Shown piece by piece: positions 10,094 through 19,655 of a DNA stretch of 64,000 nucleotides. The DNA comes from Oscillospiraceae bacterium (GTDB lineage: Bacteria > Bacillota > Clostridia > Oscillospirales > CAG-272): NCBI GenBank assembly GCA_015065295.1, contig SVQN01000004.1, positions 3,047 through 67,046 on the forward strand, read 5' to 3'. Below the pieces are notes generated by a model. The model was not told where the DNA came from, made no database searches, and worked only from the letters and a program-made list of their open reading frames with translations. Each line of letters begins with the position of its first letter. Positions within the stretch are counted from its first letter, which is position 1. The position numbers were made by a program, and so were the translations under genes.

Positions 10094-11938
10094 TTATTCC
10101 GCAGCGAACGGGATTTCGGTCAGGCGGAGCGTCGTGGAGCCGTAGGGGATGAACTTCATCGTGCGGACATCGCCTTCGGGCTTGACGGACGCGGGAACCA
10201 TATTGGCGATCATGTTGTAGCCTTCGAGCCAGCCCCAGTTCACGGGAACGACCGGAACGTCAAGCGTAACCGGCGGGCAGGCGGTGTCAAACGGCATATC
10301 GGAAACAACGCCGGTTTCGGTAACGGCAACGTCGCCCTTGGCGAACGCGAACTGCCAGTCGGTCGTCGGACGGATTTCCCAGTCGCAGTAGGGGAACTTG
10401 CGTTCGACGTTATTGCGGACGTATTCGAGCTTCGTCCATTCTTCACCGATGGCGAGGGAGTACACGAGCGGACCGCGTTCGATGACGAACATATCGCGCG
10501 GACGGGAAACGTATTTTACGTCAAAGTCCATTTCAAGCTTGACAACGGACGTGCCGCTCCATACGCGCTTGAGAGAAACAAGCGTACCGGGTTCGACCTC
10601 TTCGCCGTCGATCTTTGCGGATGCGGCGCACGCGGGAATGCGGAGGCTGAGCGTAAAGTCGCAGTCGCCGTCGGCGGTTACGATGTAATTGACGCTGCTG
10701 CCGAACGGGTAGAGGGTTTCGGATTCCACGGTGACATTCACGCCGTTCAGAACAGTCGTCAGCTTCGCGGGAGCAATTGCGGCGGAAACGATGCCGTCGT
10801 CGGACTTCATGAAGGTGGACATGGCGAATTTCGGCCAGCCCTGGTTGAAGTTGGCGGTGCAGCAGCCGTAGTTGGGTTCCAGACCGAAGAGGTGGGATTC
10901 GGTGCTGTTGGTGCGGAAGATGTTCTTGCCGCCCGCGAGGTTCACGCACGCCACCTGATTGACGAGCTGGTCGTACTGGTGAGACCACATATCGGGAGAA
11001 ATGGTCGCGGGAAGCGCGTTGAACGCGAGCTTTTCGAGACGGTCCGCCCAGATCGGGTTGCCGGTGATGGCATAGAGAATTTCGTAGGAGAACATGGCTT
11101 CGGTCACGCCGCAGAGCTCGGTACCCTGAATCGGGCTGTCGCCGGAGAGACATTCGTCACCGGTGAAATGACCGACGGCGGTACCGTGGTATGTAAAGAG
11201 CTGGTTCAGCATGAATTCGGAGAAGCTGTCGTCCGCCTCATCCCCGTCGAGGAGAGATGCCAGACCGCCTTCCTTGATCGCCATGCCCTGATTGACGACA
11301 TGGGATTCCCACAGCCACTGATTGATCGGTTCCTTGTATTTCCAGTCGGCGTAGATTTCTTCGTACTTCATGCCCTGTTCGCGCAGGAGACGTGCAAGGT
11401 CAAGGAGCCATTCTTCCTTGTACATATCGTAAATCTGGAAGATCGGGAGCAGGCATTCGAACCAGCGGGAGTGCGCCCACGAGAAAATCGGATACTGTTC
11501 GATGTGTGCCTTGAGGTTCTTCAGGGACTTGTAAACCACTTCGGGAACGCGTTCGTCACCGGAGCAGTCGTAGTAGAGCATGAGAACCTTGTCGATGAGA
11601 TAGAGTGCCCACATATCGTAGGTCGGACGTTCTTCGACGGTGCAGGGGCAGAGCCAGCCGTCTTCGCACTGACCGGCAAGAATCGCGTCGATGTACTTCT
11701 TCGCGCGGGCGATCTTGTCCTCGTCGTCGAGGAGGTATGCGAGCGGAATGAACCCGTCGAGCCAGTAGGGAACACGTTCCCAGCCTTCGCAGTTTCCGCC
11801 GATCCAGCGGCTTTCGCGGATGTCGGGCCAAACCTTGTCAAGGTTGCCGGACAGACCGTTTGCCTGCACTTCGAGCTGCTTGCGGAGCCATCCGGAGGCT
11901 TTCAGCTCGGTGGTGTTGAAAAGTTTGTACTTCTGCAT
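10094..11938 (-). CDS. glycoside hydrolase, GH127/GH146-like (DUF1680, beta-L-arabinofuranosidase family)
   Basis: 614 aa with no signal peptide. The N-terminal pattern EGWERVPYWLDGFIPLAYLLDD...QCEDGW resembles DUF1680/GH127-type proteins. Family assignment is from memory. Confidence 0.6.
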   Translation of the reverse strand: MQKYKLFNTTELKASGWLRKQLEVQANGLSGNLDKVWPDIRESRWIGGNCEGWERVPYWLDGFIPLAYLLDDEDKIARAKKYIDAILAGQCEDGWLCPCTVEERPTYDMWALYLIDKVLMLYYDCSGDERVPEVVYKSLKNLKAHIEQYPIFSWAHSRWFECLLPIFQIYDMYKEEWLLDLARLLREQGMKYEEIYADWKYKEPINQWLWESHVVNQGMAIKEGGLASLLDGDEADDSFSEFMLNQLFTYHGTAVGHFTGDECLSGDSPIQGTELCGVTEAMFSYEILYAITGNPIWADRLEKLAFNALPATISPDMWSHQYDQLVNQVACVNLAGGKNIFRTNSTESHLFGLEPNYGCCTANFNQGWPKFAMSTFMKSDDGIVSAAIAPAKLTTVLNGVNVTVESETLYPFGSSVNYIVTADGDCDFTLSLRIPACAASAKIDGEEVEPGTLVSLKRVWSGTSVVKLEMDFDVKYVSRPRDMFVIERGPLVYSLAIGEEWTKLEYVRNNVERKFPYCDWEIRPTTDWQFAFAKGDVAVTETGVVSDMPFDTACPPVTLDVPVVPVNWGWLEGYNMIANMVPASVKPEGDVRTMKFIPYGSTTLRLTEIPFAAE

Positions 11939-11970
11939 TATTGAGTCTCCTTTGTAGGATAAAAATTACG

Positions 11971-12077
11971 GGACTAAGGGCTAATGGTGAAGGGTGAATG
12001 ACTATATCAGAACGTCCGTCAGCGGACAGACATAAAGTTTCATATAGCCATTCACCATTAGTCATTAACCATTAGCC
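11971..12077. repeat. Rep-2 copy P1 (CTAAGG/GTGAATG palindrome)
   Basis: GGACTAAGGGCTAATGGTGAAGGGTGAATGACTATA...TATAGCCATTCACCATTAGTCATTAACCATTAGCC. The right arm encodes the last 4 codons and the stop of mtnN. Confidence 0.9.
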
Positions 12078-12751
12078 AGTTCAATAACTGCCTTGGCGGA
12101 GTTCTTTGCTGCCATTTTCGCAAACGCCGGGTAGTCTTCGCACGCACCGCCGTCGGCATCGTCGGAAATTGCGCGGATCACGGCGAACGGTACCTTGTTG
12201 ACGTAGCAGACCTGACCGATTGCCGCGCCTTCCATTTCACAGGCAATCGCGCCGAACGTGTCCGCAATGCGTTTTTTGGTTTCCTGATTGCCGATGAACT
12301 GGTCGCCGGTCGCAATGGTGCCGGTGACGGTGTTGATACCCATCGACTTGACGATCGCGGAGATTTTTTCCGCCAGTGCCGCGTCGGCGGGGATTTCGAC
12401 GATGTTGATGCCGGAAATGAGTCCGACGGGATCGCCGAGTGCGGAGGTGTCCATGTCATGCTGAACCATTGCGGAGGAAACCGCAACGTCGCCGACGGAC
12501 AGTTTTTTGGTGAGCGTTCCGCCGACGCCGGTGTTGATGACCGCGTCGGGGGCATATTTCACGATCATCGTCTGGGCGCAGATCGCCGCGAACACCTTGC
12601 CGATGCCGCAGACCGCCAGAACGATATCGGTAGTTCCGATTTTACCGAGGCAGTATTCCATACTGCCGCAGGTTTCGCGGACGATATCGGTCATCGCCGC
12701 TTCAATGAGTTCCGCTTCGATCTTCATCGCCGCGATAATTCCGAGTTTCAT
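12065..12751 (-). CDS. mtnN: 5'-methylthioadenosine/S-adenosylhomocysteine nucleosidase
   Basis: 228 aa: MKLGIIAAMKIEAELI, GIGKV, EMEGAAIGQVC. The stop codon lies inside the right arm of Rep-2 copy P1. Confidence 0.9.
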   Translation of the reverse strand: MKLGIIAAMKIEAELIEAAMTDIVRETCGSMEYCLGKIGTTDIVLAVCGIGKVFAAICAQTMIVKYAPDAVINTGVGGTLTKKLSVGDVAVSSAMVQHDMDTSALGDPVGLISGINIVEIPADAALAEKISAIVKSMGINTVTGTIATGDQFIGNQETKKRIADTFGAIACEMEGAAIGQVCYVNKVPFAVIRAISDDADGGACEDYPAFAKMAAKNSAKAVIELANG

Positions 12752-12770
12752 AAAAAACCTCCAGTTTTTT

Positions 12771-12878
12771 GACTAAGGACGAATGGGGAATAGTGAAGGA
12801 CTATGCCGGAACTTTATGTCGGTCAGCCTGACGGACAATTTGTCATAGTCATTCACCCTTAGTCCTTAGCCTTTAGTC
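12771..12878. repeat. Rep-2 copy P2
   Basis: GACTAAGGACGAATGGGGAATAGTGAAGGACTAT...ATAGTCATTCACCCTTAGTCCTTAGCCTTTAGTC. It contains the nadE stop, and its left end abuts the mtnN RBS. Confidence 0.9.
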
Positions 12879-14768
12879 AATTTTCATTTCCCATCCGCAG
12901 GCATCGCTGGGCATTTTCCAGTCTCCTCTGGGCGACAGTGCAACCGAACCGACCTTCGGGCCGTCCGGGAGCGCACTGCGCTTGAACTGCTGCGAGTAGA
13001 AGCGGCGGAGGAAGGTGTTCAGCCATTTCTTGATGGTTTCATCGTCGAATTCGCCCGCGAAGGCCGCTTTTGCCTTGCGGAAAATCTTGTCCGGTTCTTC
13101 GCCGTGACGGACAAAGTGGTAGAGGAAGAAGTCGTGCAGGTCGTAGGGGCCGACGATGTCTTCGGTCTTCTGCGCGATTTCGCCGTCCTTGGACGGGAGA
13201 AGTTCCGGGCTGACGGGGGTCGCCAGAACGTCGCGGAGAACGGCGGCAAGCGCGGGCTGACCGTTTGCTTCGCATTCGTCCGCATAATAAGAGACAACAT
13301 GGCGCACAAGCGTCTTTGGAACGCCGCCGTTCACGCCGTAGTTGGACATGTGGTCGCCGTTGTAGGTCGCCCAGCCGAGCGCGAGTTCGGACAGGTCGCC
13401 GGTGCCGATGACAAGACCGTTTTCGGCGTTGGCGATGTCCATAATGATCTGCGTACGTTCGCGCGCCTGCGAGTTTTCGTAGACGACGGACAGGTCGTCC
13501 GGATTGTGTCCGATGTCGCGGAAGTGGATGTCCACCGCTTCCTTGATGTCGATCGCGCGGAATTTCGTGCCGAATTCGATTGCCATAGCTTCCGCGTTGG
13601 AGCGGGTACGGCTCGTTGTGCCGAAGCAGGGGAGAGTCACGGCGGTGATGTCGGTGTGCGGACGTCCGAGAATATCGAGCGCACGGGCGGTCACGATCAG
13701 CGCGAGGGTGGAGTCAAGACCGCCGGAGAGGGCAATCACGCAGGTCTTCGCGTAAGCCGCGCGGATCCGCTTTGCCAGTCCGTGCGACTGGATTTCGAGA
13801 ATCCGCGCACACGCCGCACGTTTTTCTTCCGTACCTTCCGGAATGAACGGACTGCGCGCAATCACGCCGGTGAGGTCGGTTTCGCGGTTGTCAAGGGAGA
13901 ACGTACACCAGTAACCGTCACCGATATCTTTCGGGAATGTGTTCATCTTCATGCGGTCGTGCGCGAGATGCTGAACGTCCGCAACAGCGGTAATCAGTTT
14001 TTTGCCGCTGAACGGGGGATTTTCCGCAAGGATCGTCCCGTTCTGCGCGATCAGGCTGTGACCGGAATAGACGCAGTCGGTCGTGGATTCGTCGGAACCC
14101 GCGTTCGCGTAAACGTAAGCCGAAACGAGACGTCCGGATTCCGCTTTAACGATCGTACGGCGGTAGTCCTCCCGTCCGACGGTTTCAGGGGACGCGGCAA
14201 GGCTGACGATGACGGTCGCGCCTTTTTCGGCAAGCTGTCCGGCAGTGTCGGAATCGCCGAGCACACAGCCGACCACAAGATTGTCCTGCTCTTCACAGAC
14301 AAACATCTGGGTGTCACGGCAGAGAATCTGGTCGCCGCAGAGATTCAGCAGGGTGTACTGCCCGTCTGTAAACGGCGTGAACCAGCGGAGTTCGGAGGAA
14401 TCGCCGTAATTCGGGAGAACAGTCTTCGGCGTAACGCCGAGAATATGTCCGTCGGAGATTGCAACGGCGCAGTTATACAGTTTGCCGAGAATTTTCAAAG
14501 GTGCGCCGACAAAGGTCAGCATTTTCTTTCCGGCGGTATGATTCTTGATCTGTTCCAGCGCGGTCAACGTATTTTTAATGAGAGAATCGGTCAGGAAAAG
14601 GTCACCGCAGGTCGCGCCGGTGAGAGAAAGCTCGGGGAACGCGAGAACGTGAACGCCGGCTTCGTAAGCCTCGTCAATGAGCGCGGTGTGAGCGGGGACA
14701 TTTTTTGTCGGCGCGGCAACGAGAAGCTCCGGCTGTGCCGCCGCCAGTTTGATAAATCCGTGATACAT
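12873..14768 (-). CDS. nadE: NAD+ synthase (glutamine-hydrolysing)
   Basis: 631 aa with an N-terminal CN-hydrolase domain and a C-terminal ATP pyrophosphatase motif (SGGLDS). The stop codon is inside Rep-2 copy P2. Confidence 0.9.
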   Translation of the reverse strand: MYHGFIKLAAAQPELLVAAPTKNVPAHTALIDEAYEAGVHVLAFPELSLTGATCGDLFLTDSLIKNTLTALEQIKNHTAGKKMLTFVGAPLKILGKLYNCAVAISDGHILGVTPKTVLPNYGDSSELRWFTPFTDGQYTLLNLCGDQILCRDTQMFVCEEQDNLVVGCVLGDSDTAGQLAEKGATVIVSLAASPETVGREDYRRTIVKAESGRLVSAYVYANAGSDESTTDCVYSGHSLIAQNGTILAENPPFSGKKLITAVADVQHLAHDRMKMNTFPKDIGDGYWCTFSLDNRETDLTGVIARSPFIPEGTEEKRAACARILEIQSHGLAKRIRAAYAKTCVIALSGGLDSTLALIVTARALDILGRPHTDITAVTLPCFGTTSRTRSNAEAMAIEFGTKFRAIDIKEAVDIHFRDIGHNPDDLSVVYENSQARERTQIIMDIANAENGLVIGTGDLSELALGWATYNGDHMSNYGVNGGVPKTLVRHVVSYYADECEANGQPALAAVLRDVLATPVSPELLPSKDGEIAQKTEDIVGPYDLHDFFLYHFVRHGEEPDKIFRKAKAAFAGEFDDETIKKWLNTFLRRFYSQQFKRSALPDGPKVGSVALSPRGDWKMPSDACGWEMKID

Positions 14769-14787
14769 AAAAACCTCCGGGTTTTTT

Positions 14788-14895
14788 GACTAAGGGCTAA
14801 TGGTGAATGGTGAATGACTATGGCAAAACGTTAAGTTTTCCGGATTGACATACAATTTGGATTAGTCCTTAGTCATTCACCCTTAGTCCTTAGTT
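14788..14895. repeat. Rep-2 copy P3
   Basis: GACTAAGGGCTAATGGTGAATGGTGAATGACTAT...TAGTCCTTAGTCATTCACCCTTAGTCCTTAG. Lies between the trxB stop and the nadE RBS. Confidence 0.9.
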
Positions 14896-15832
14896 ATTTA
14901 TTGAGCCATTCTTCGGCGAGGGAAATTGCCGTTGCGCCGTCCGCACAGGCGGTGACGATCTGGCGCAGATGCTTCGTGCGTACGTCGCCTGCGGCAAATA
15001 CGCCTTCCACGGAGGTACGGCAGGTTTCGTCCGCTACGATGTAGCCCGACGGGTCAAGTTCGACCTGTTCCGCAAACAGCGCGGTGTCGGGGGTACGTCC
15101 GAATGCCGCAAAAACGGCGGAGCAGGAGAGTTCGCGCGTTTCGCCGGACATTTTGTCGGTGTAAACGAGTGCGGATACCTTGCCGCCTTCGCCCCTGATT
15201 TCCGAAATGAGCGCGTTCTTGACAAATTCGATGTTTTCCTTCGCTTCCGCACGCTTGACGGAATGCGCCGCTGCACGGAATGCGTCCCGGCGATGGACGA
15301 GATAGACTTTTTCGCAGATGTTCGAGAGATACAGCGCATCTTCAAATGCCGTGTCGCCGCCGCCCGCCACAACGACGGTCTTTCCCTTGAAGAACATACC
15401 GTCGCAGGTCGCGCAGTAGGAAACACCGCGTCCTTCGTATTCGAGTTCGCCGGGGATGCCGAGCTTGCGCGGGGACGCACCGGTCGCAAGAACCACCGCG
15501 CGCGCCGCAACAACGCTGTCGTCGCCGGAGTCAATGTCCGCACCGTCCACGGCAATGTATTTCGTATCGCCGGACAGACGGACGGCGGTGACTTCGCCGA
15601 ACATGGATTCCGCACCGAAGCGTTCCGCGCCTTCCATCATTTTTTCGGCAAGCTCAAACCCGCTGACCGGGCCGAATCCGGGATAGTTTTCCACATTGGA
15701 CGTGATCGCCATCTGTCCGCCGGGAGCCAGCTTTTCGATGACAACCGCAGAATATCCGGCACGTCCGGCATACAATGCGGCGGTATATCCGGCGGGACCT
15801 CCGCCGACGATTGCAATATCGTAAGTTTTCAT
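14894..15832 (-). CDS. trxB: thioredoxin-disulfide reductase
   Basis: 312 aa with GGGPAG FAD motif, CATCDG redox centre and GGGDTA NADPH motif. The stop abuts Rep-2 copy P3. Confidence 0.93.
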   Translation of the reverse strand: MKTYDIAIVGGGPAGYTAALYAGRAGYSAVVIEKLAPGGQMAITSNVENYPGFGPVSGFELAEKMMEGAERFGAESMFGEVTAVRLSGDTKYIAVDGADIDSGDDSVVAARAVVLATGASPRKLGIPGELEYEGRGVSYCATCDGMFFKGKTVVVAGGGDTAFEDALYLSNICEKVYLVHRRDAFRAAAHSVKRAEAKENIEFVKNALISEIRGEGGKVSALVYTDKMSGETRELSCSAVFAAFGRTPDTALFAEQVELDPSGYIVADETCRTSVEGVFAAGDVRTKHLRQIVTACADGATAISLAEEWLNK

Positions 15833-15897
15833 GAGATACCTCGTTTATTTGGAAGAAAATATACAACGCAAAAGAAAAAAGAAGGGATATCATATTT

Positions 15898-15926
15898 ATT
15901 ATACACGAAAACCCGCATGAATACAA
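15898..15926 (-). promoter_or_regulatory. Putative trxB promoter
   Basis: Minus strand: TTGTAT-17 nt-TATAAT. Confidence 0.5.
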
Positions 15927-15936
15927 GAATCCCCAT

Positions 15937-15966
15937 AAAAAAAGCGGCATTTTCTGAGAATGCCGC
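15937..15966 (-). terminator. Rho-independent terminator of the APH-fold kinase gene
   Basis: Minus strand: GCGGCATT-CTCAGAA-AATGCCGC followed by T7. Confidence 0.8.
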
Positions 15967-15975
15967 ACAATAATT

Positions 15976-17034
15976 TTATTGGAGGGACGTTCGGAAGCGT
16001 CCGTCATCGGTTTCGGTTATGTCCGCAAGCATCTGAGCCAGCAGCCGGTTGGCCGATTCATAGTCTTCTTTTTCCGCCAGTTTTCCAAGGGAATTTTCAT
16101 TATATATGATTCGTGTAAACCACAGCGCATGATATAACGTATAGATAATCCATGCCGCATCCGCTTCCTCGTCATTCAGTTGTCTGCGGGACAGATACCC
16201 GTTCAGCAGGGCGGGGAAGAAGTGCTCGCGGCAGCCTGGATTCGTTCCTTCGGGAAGATCCATTTCATACGCCGTCAGAAGACCTTCCATGACAAGGTCG
16301 GAAACCAGGACTTCATCGCCGGCGTTGTTGTAATCGAACACGGTCAGCTCATCCTCGCCGTAAACGAGATTGTTGATGGAGATATCTCCCTGAACCGCCG
16401 CTTTCGGCAGACGATCCCAGACAGACCGCAGTGCTTCCAGTTTTTCTTCTCTGTGTTTTTGAATCTGCCGGACGATCTCCCGGTCGAGATGCTCATTTTC
16501 ACATATCCTGCAGAAATCTTCGTATGCATCCACGTCATTCCAGTATGCCGCCGAAAACAGGGTTCCGCATCCGATCGTACACCGGTTCTCAAGCGAGAGA
16601 ATGTGCATCCGCGCCAGCAGTTCGCCGATCTTATAGGAAATTTCCGTATTGATTTCCGTGATTTCATCTCCGCACCAGTCCTCAACCGTTACATTGCACG
16701 GATAATTTTTGCAGACACAGACATTGCAGAATTTCCCGTTTGCCGTATACCGTCCGGGCGTGCGGATGCCGTTCTGCCGCAGAAATTCGGAAAACGCGCT
16801 CTGGTTTTCGATTTTTTCGCGTTCCTTCAACAGGTCATCCTCTTTGATACTGACCATTTTCAGAACGACCCGTTTTCCGCAGTCCGGAAGAACCGATACA
16901 ACAAATTTTGCGTTGTACCCGCATTCTTCATAATAGCTCAGATAATCGTTCCGTTCACTGAATCCCGTCTCAAACCCATACAGTTCAAGAACGGCTTTGA
17001 TATCGCCTTCCGGTAACTTTTTGGTATCATCCAT
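15976..17034 (-). CDS. APH/choline-kinase-fold phosphotransferase (possible sugar 1-kinase)
   Basis: Kinase-like motifs QGDISINN (Brenner-like) and FDYNNAG. The track ORF (to 17148) reads through Rep-1 copy B ([14 protein letters not shown]), so I start at ATG 17034 (MDDTKK...). AT-richer than its neighbours. Confidence 0.7.
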   Translation of the reverse strand: MDDTKKLPEGDIKAVLELYGFETGFSERNDYLSYYEECGYNAKFVVSVLPDCGKRVVLKMVSIKEDDLLKEREKIENQSAFSEFLRQNGIRTPGRYTANGKFCNVCVCKNYPCNVTVEDWCGDEITEINTEISYKIGELLARMHILSLENRCTIGCGTLFSAAYWNDVDAYEDFCRICENEHLDREIVRQIQKHREEKLEALRSVWDRLPKAAVQGDISINNLVYGEDELTVFDYNNAGDEVLVSDLVMEGLLTAYEMDLPEGTNPGCREHFFPALLNGYLSRRQLNDEEADAAWIIYTLYHALWFTRIIYNENSLGKLAEKEDYESANRLLAQMLADITETDDGRFRTSLQ

Positions 17035-17074
17035 ACTTGATTTTCCCTGATTTTTATTTTTTTCTTTCCAGATG

Positions 17075-17127
17075 GAAGTTTTTTGAAAGGGGTGTGGGGA
17101 AAACTTTTTTTCAAAAAAGTTTTCCCC
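17075..17127 (-). repeat. Rep-1 copy B
   Basis: GAAGTTTTTTGAAAGGGGTGTGGGGAAAACTTTTTTTCAAAAAAGTTTTCCCC. Lies between the SBP1 stop and the kinase start. Confidence 0.9.
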
Positions 17128-17148
17128 ACGAAACAATATTTGATTCAA

Positions 17149-18705
17149 TTAACCTTCCGGGAAGAAGAATTCGTTGGTCTTGGCGAGCTGCTTGGTGGTC
17201 GCCTTGGTCATCTTCTGGAGAGTGGAGGCGATGGCGTCGGAACCGGCAGTGATCGCGTTGTTGACGGTGCTGCGGATGGAGACGCTGCCGAAGTGGATGT
17301 TGTAGTAGAGTTCGTCGAAGACGAGGTGGAGCATACGGACGGTATCCTGGTCGCGGGCAACCTTACCGGTCAGGGTTACGTTGACGTACGCGTCGACGAC
17401 GGTGTCATGCGATGCTGCGGAGAAGACGTCGAGAACGTGGAGGGTACGGGCCGGGTCTTCAGAGGTTACGGGGATCATCTGCATGAAGGGGTTCAGAATG
17501 ATGGAGTAGTAACGATCCTGGTCTTCGTTGTACTTCGGAGGCGGGAGAACGCCGAAGTCGGCTTCCATGTCGCGGAGTACGCGGGTCCATGCCATACATT
17601 CGGAGTAGAAGAGCGCGCCGTTTTCGGTGAAGATGGTTTCCTGAGCACGGTCGCCGAGACCGCGGAGGTGGCTTGCATGAGCGGAGGAACGGACGTCAAA
17701 TACGGCGTTCTGCTGAGTGAAGAGGAGGTTGATGACCTTGTTGTACATATCCACAAAGTTTTCGCCGGCGGTACCGTCGATGAGTCGGCCGGTGTCGGGA
17801 TCCTTCGTGACAAACTTCGCACCCATGCCGCACATCAGAAGGTCGGACATGATTTCGGTGTAGCTGATCCAGCCGTACTGGTCCATGTCGGTCATCTGGC
17901 CGTCGCCGTCCTTGTCCGAGATAACGGACGTGCAGAGTTCGGTGAACTTGTCAACCGTCCACTGGTTGTTGTCTACGAGGTCATAGGGATTTTCCAGACC
18001 GTGCTGGGAAAGCATTTCCTTGTTGAAGTACAGGGAACGGATACTGTCGAAACGGGTGGTGTCCGCGTCGCTGGTCATGAAGTACAGCTGATTGTTGATG
18101 GTCAGGCTGTCGCGCGCGTTCTGATCCCACCATACGTTGGAGAAATCTACGCCTGCGTCGGGAGCGATGGTGTTCAGGTCGAAGACATTGCCTTCCATGG
18201 CAACCGCATAGCAGTTCATGAGGGTGACGTTGCCGTAGTCGAAGTCGTTGGAGCCGGACTTGACCGCGTTCTTGAGAATGTTCATGGAGTCGCCGTCATG
18301 AAGTTCCACGATGCTGATGTTGAGGAATTCTTCGGTACGGTTTTCACGTTCAATGAACGCGTCGTTTACGGGTTCACCGGTCGTTTCTTCGGGGGAGATG
18401 GAGTTGTAGGAATACCAGCTTGCGGTACAGCCGTTGAGAATGGTGTATTCGTAGCCTTCGTAGTCCTTCTTCTGTACGCCTGCGGTCCAGTCGTAGTCGG
18501 CTTCGATGGCGATCAGACCTTCGCCTTCGCCGGAACCTTCGGCAGCCGCGTCGCCGCCTTCCGCAACGGTTTCTTCGGCCGCGTCGGGAGCGGTGGTGGG
18601 AGTGGTTTCATCCGCATTGGTGCTGCTTTCGGAACAGCCGGTCAGAACGGTAGACGCCAGCATGATCGCGCAGAGCAGAGCGGAGAGGAGTCTCTTGGAA
18701 TTCAT
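17149..18705 (-). CDS. extracellular solute-binding lipoprotein (SBP paralog 1)
   Basis: 518 aa with a signal peptide and lipobox (VLTGC) and an acidic low-complexity linker. It shares blocks with the other six paralogs (VNDA, WWDQ, DKDGDGQMTDMDQYG). GGAGG RBS. Confidence 0.85.
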   Translation of the reverse strand: MNSKRLLSALLCAIMLASTVLTGCSESSTNADETTPTTAPDAAEETVAEGGDAAAEGSGEGEGLIAIEADYDWTAGVQKKDYEGYEYTILNGCTASWYSYNSISPEETTGEPVNDAFIERENRTEEFLNISIVELHDGDSMNILKNAVKSGSNDFDYGNVTLMNCYAVAMEGNVFDLNTIAPDAGVDFSNVWWDQNARDSLTINNQLYFMTSDADTTRFDSIRSLYFNKEMLSQHGLENPYDLVDNNQWTVDKFTELCTSVISDKDGDGQMTDMDQYGWISYTEIMSDLLMCGMGAKFVTKDPDTGRLIDGTAGENFVDMYNKVINLLFTQQNAVFDVRSSAHASHLRGLGDRAQETIFTENGALFYSECMAWTRVLRDMEADFGVLPPPKYNEDQDRYYSIILNPFMQMIPVTSEDPARTLHVLDVFSAASHDTVVDAYVNVTLTGKVARDQDTVRMLHLVFDELYYNIHFGSVSIRSTVNNAITAGSDAIASTLQKMTKATTKQLAKTNEFFFPEG

Positions 18706-18761
18706 GAAATACCTCCGGAATGGAAATGTAAAGAGAGTTGAGTAATATCAACATTAAATTG

Positions 18762-18790
18762 ATTATAACATAAAGTAGAAAGGGAATCAA
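18762..18790 (-). promoter_or_regulatory. Putative SBP1 promoter
   Basis: Minus strand: TTGATT-17 nt-TATAAT. Confidence 0.5.
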
Positions 18791-18816
18791 GAGCGTTTTG
18801 ACAAAATTATGGCCGG

Positions 18817-18845
18817 TTGACACAGGACGTTTTCTGTGATATACT
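18817..18845 (+). promoter_or_regulatory. Putative promoter of the methyltransferase / FAD oxidoreductase / SGNH operon
   Basis: TTGACA-17 nt-TATACT. Confidence 0.55.
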
Positions 18846-18883
18846 TTGCTTGAAAGAACAGGAATCAGCAGGGAGAAATTTCG

Positions 18884-19642
18884 ATGGACAATACTGCGAA
18901 ATTTACCGGCCGTGCAGAGGTGTATGCCGCGAGCCGTCCGGGATATGCGCCGGAATTATTCGATTATATGGAACAGTCGCTGAATCTTCCCTCCGGCAGC
19001 GTGATTGCGGACATCGGTTCGGGGACGGGAAAATTCACCGCGCAGCTTCTGGAGCGCGGGTATACGGTGTATGCTGTCGAACCGAATGCCGATATGCGGC
19101 GCAAGGCGGAAGAACTTCTGGCGGGGAATCCCGGTTTTCATTCCGTGGACGGTCGGGACAGTGCGTTCGGCCTTCCTGCGGAACTGGAGGGAACGGTGGA
19201 CTGTGTGACGGCGGCGCAGGCGTTTCACTGGTTCGGCGCAGCTGCATTTGCGGAGGAATGCCGGCGGTTCCTGAAGCCGGGCGGGTATGTCGTGCTGGTC
19301 TACAACCATCGGGATGCGGACGCGCCGGTCATCCGTGAGAATGCGGAGATCTGCCGGACGTATTGCCCGGGATTCACCGGGTTCAGCCACGGGATGGATG
19401 CGGCGGATTTTGAGGGATTTTTCCGGGGCAGCTGTCAGACGATCCGGTTTGACAACTCTTTGGAATATGACTGCGATATGCTCATCAATCGGATGCTGTC
19501 CGCTTCTTACGGTTTGAAGGATACCGATGAAGGATACGGGGAGTTTCTTGCTGCACTGAGAAAATTGTTTGAAAAATATCAGGAAAACGGACGGATGAGG
19601 ATTCCGAACTGTACAATGGCGTATTACGGAACGATGATCTGA
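18884..19642 (+). CDS. class I SAM-dependent methyltransferase
   Basis: 252 aa with motif I IADIGSGTGKFT. Confidence 0.8.
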   Translation: MDNTAKFTGRAEVYAASRPGYAPELFDYMEQSLNLPSGSVIADIGSGTGKFTAQLLERGYTVYAVEPNADMRRKAEELLAGNPGFHSVDGRDSAFGLPAELEGTVDCVTAAQAFHWFGAAAFAEECRRFLKPGGYVVLVYNHRDADAPVIRENAEICRTYCPGFTGFSHGMDAADFEGFFRGSCQTIRFDNSLEYDCDMLINRMLSASYGLKDTDEGYGEFLAALRKLFEKYQENGRMRIPNCTMAYYGTMI

Positions 19643-19655
19643 TGAGGAGAAAAAG

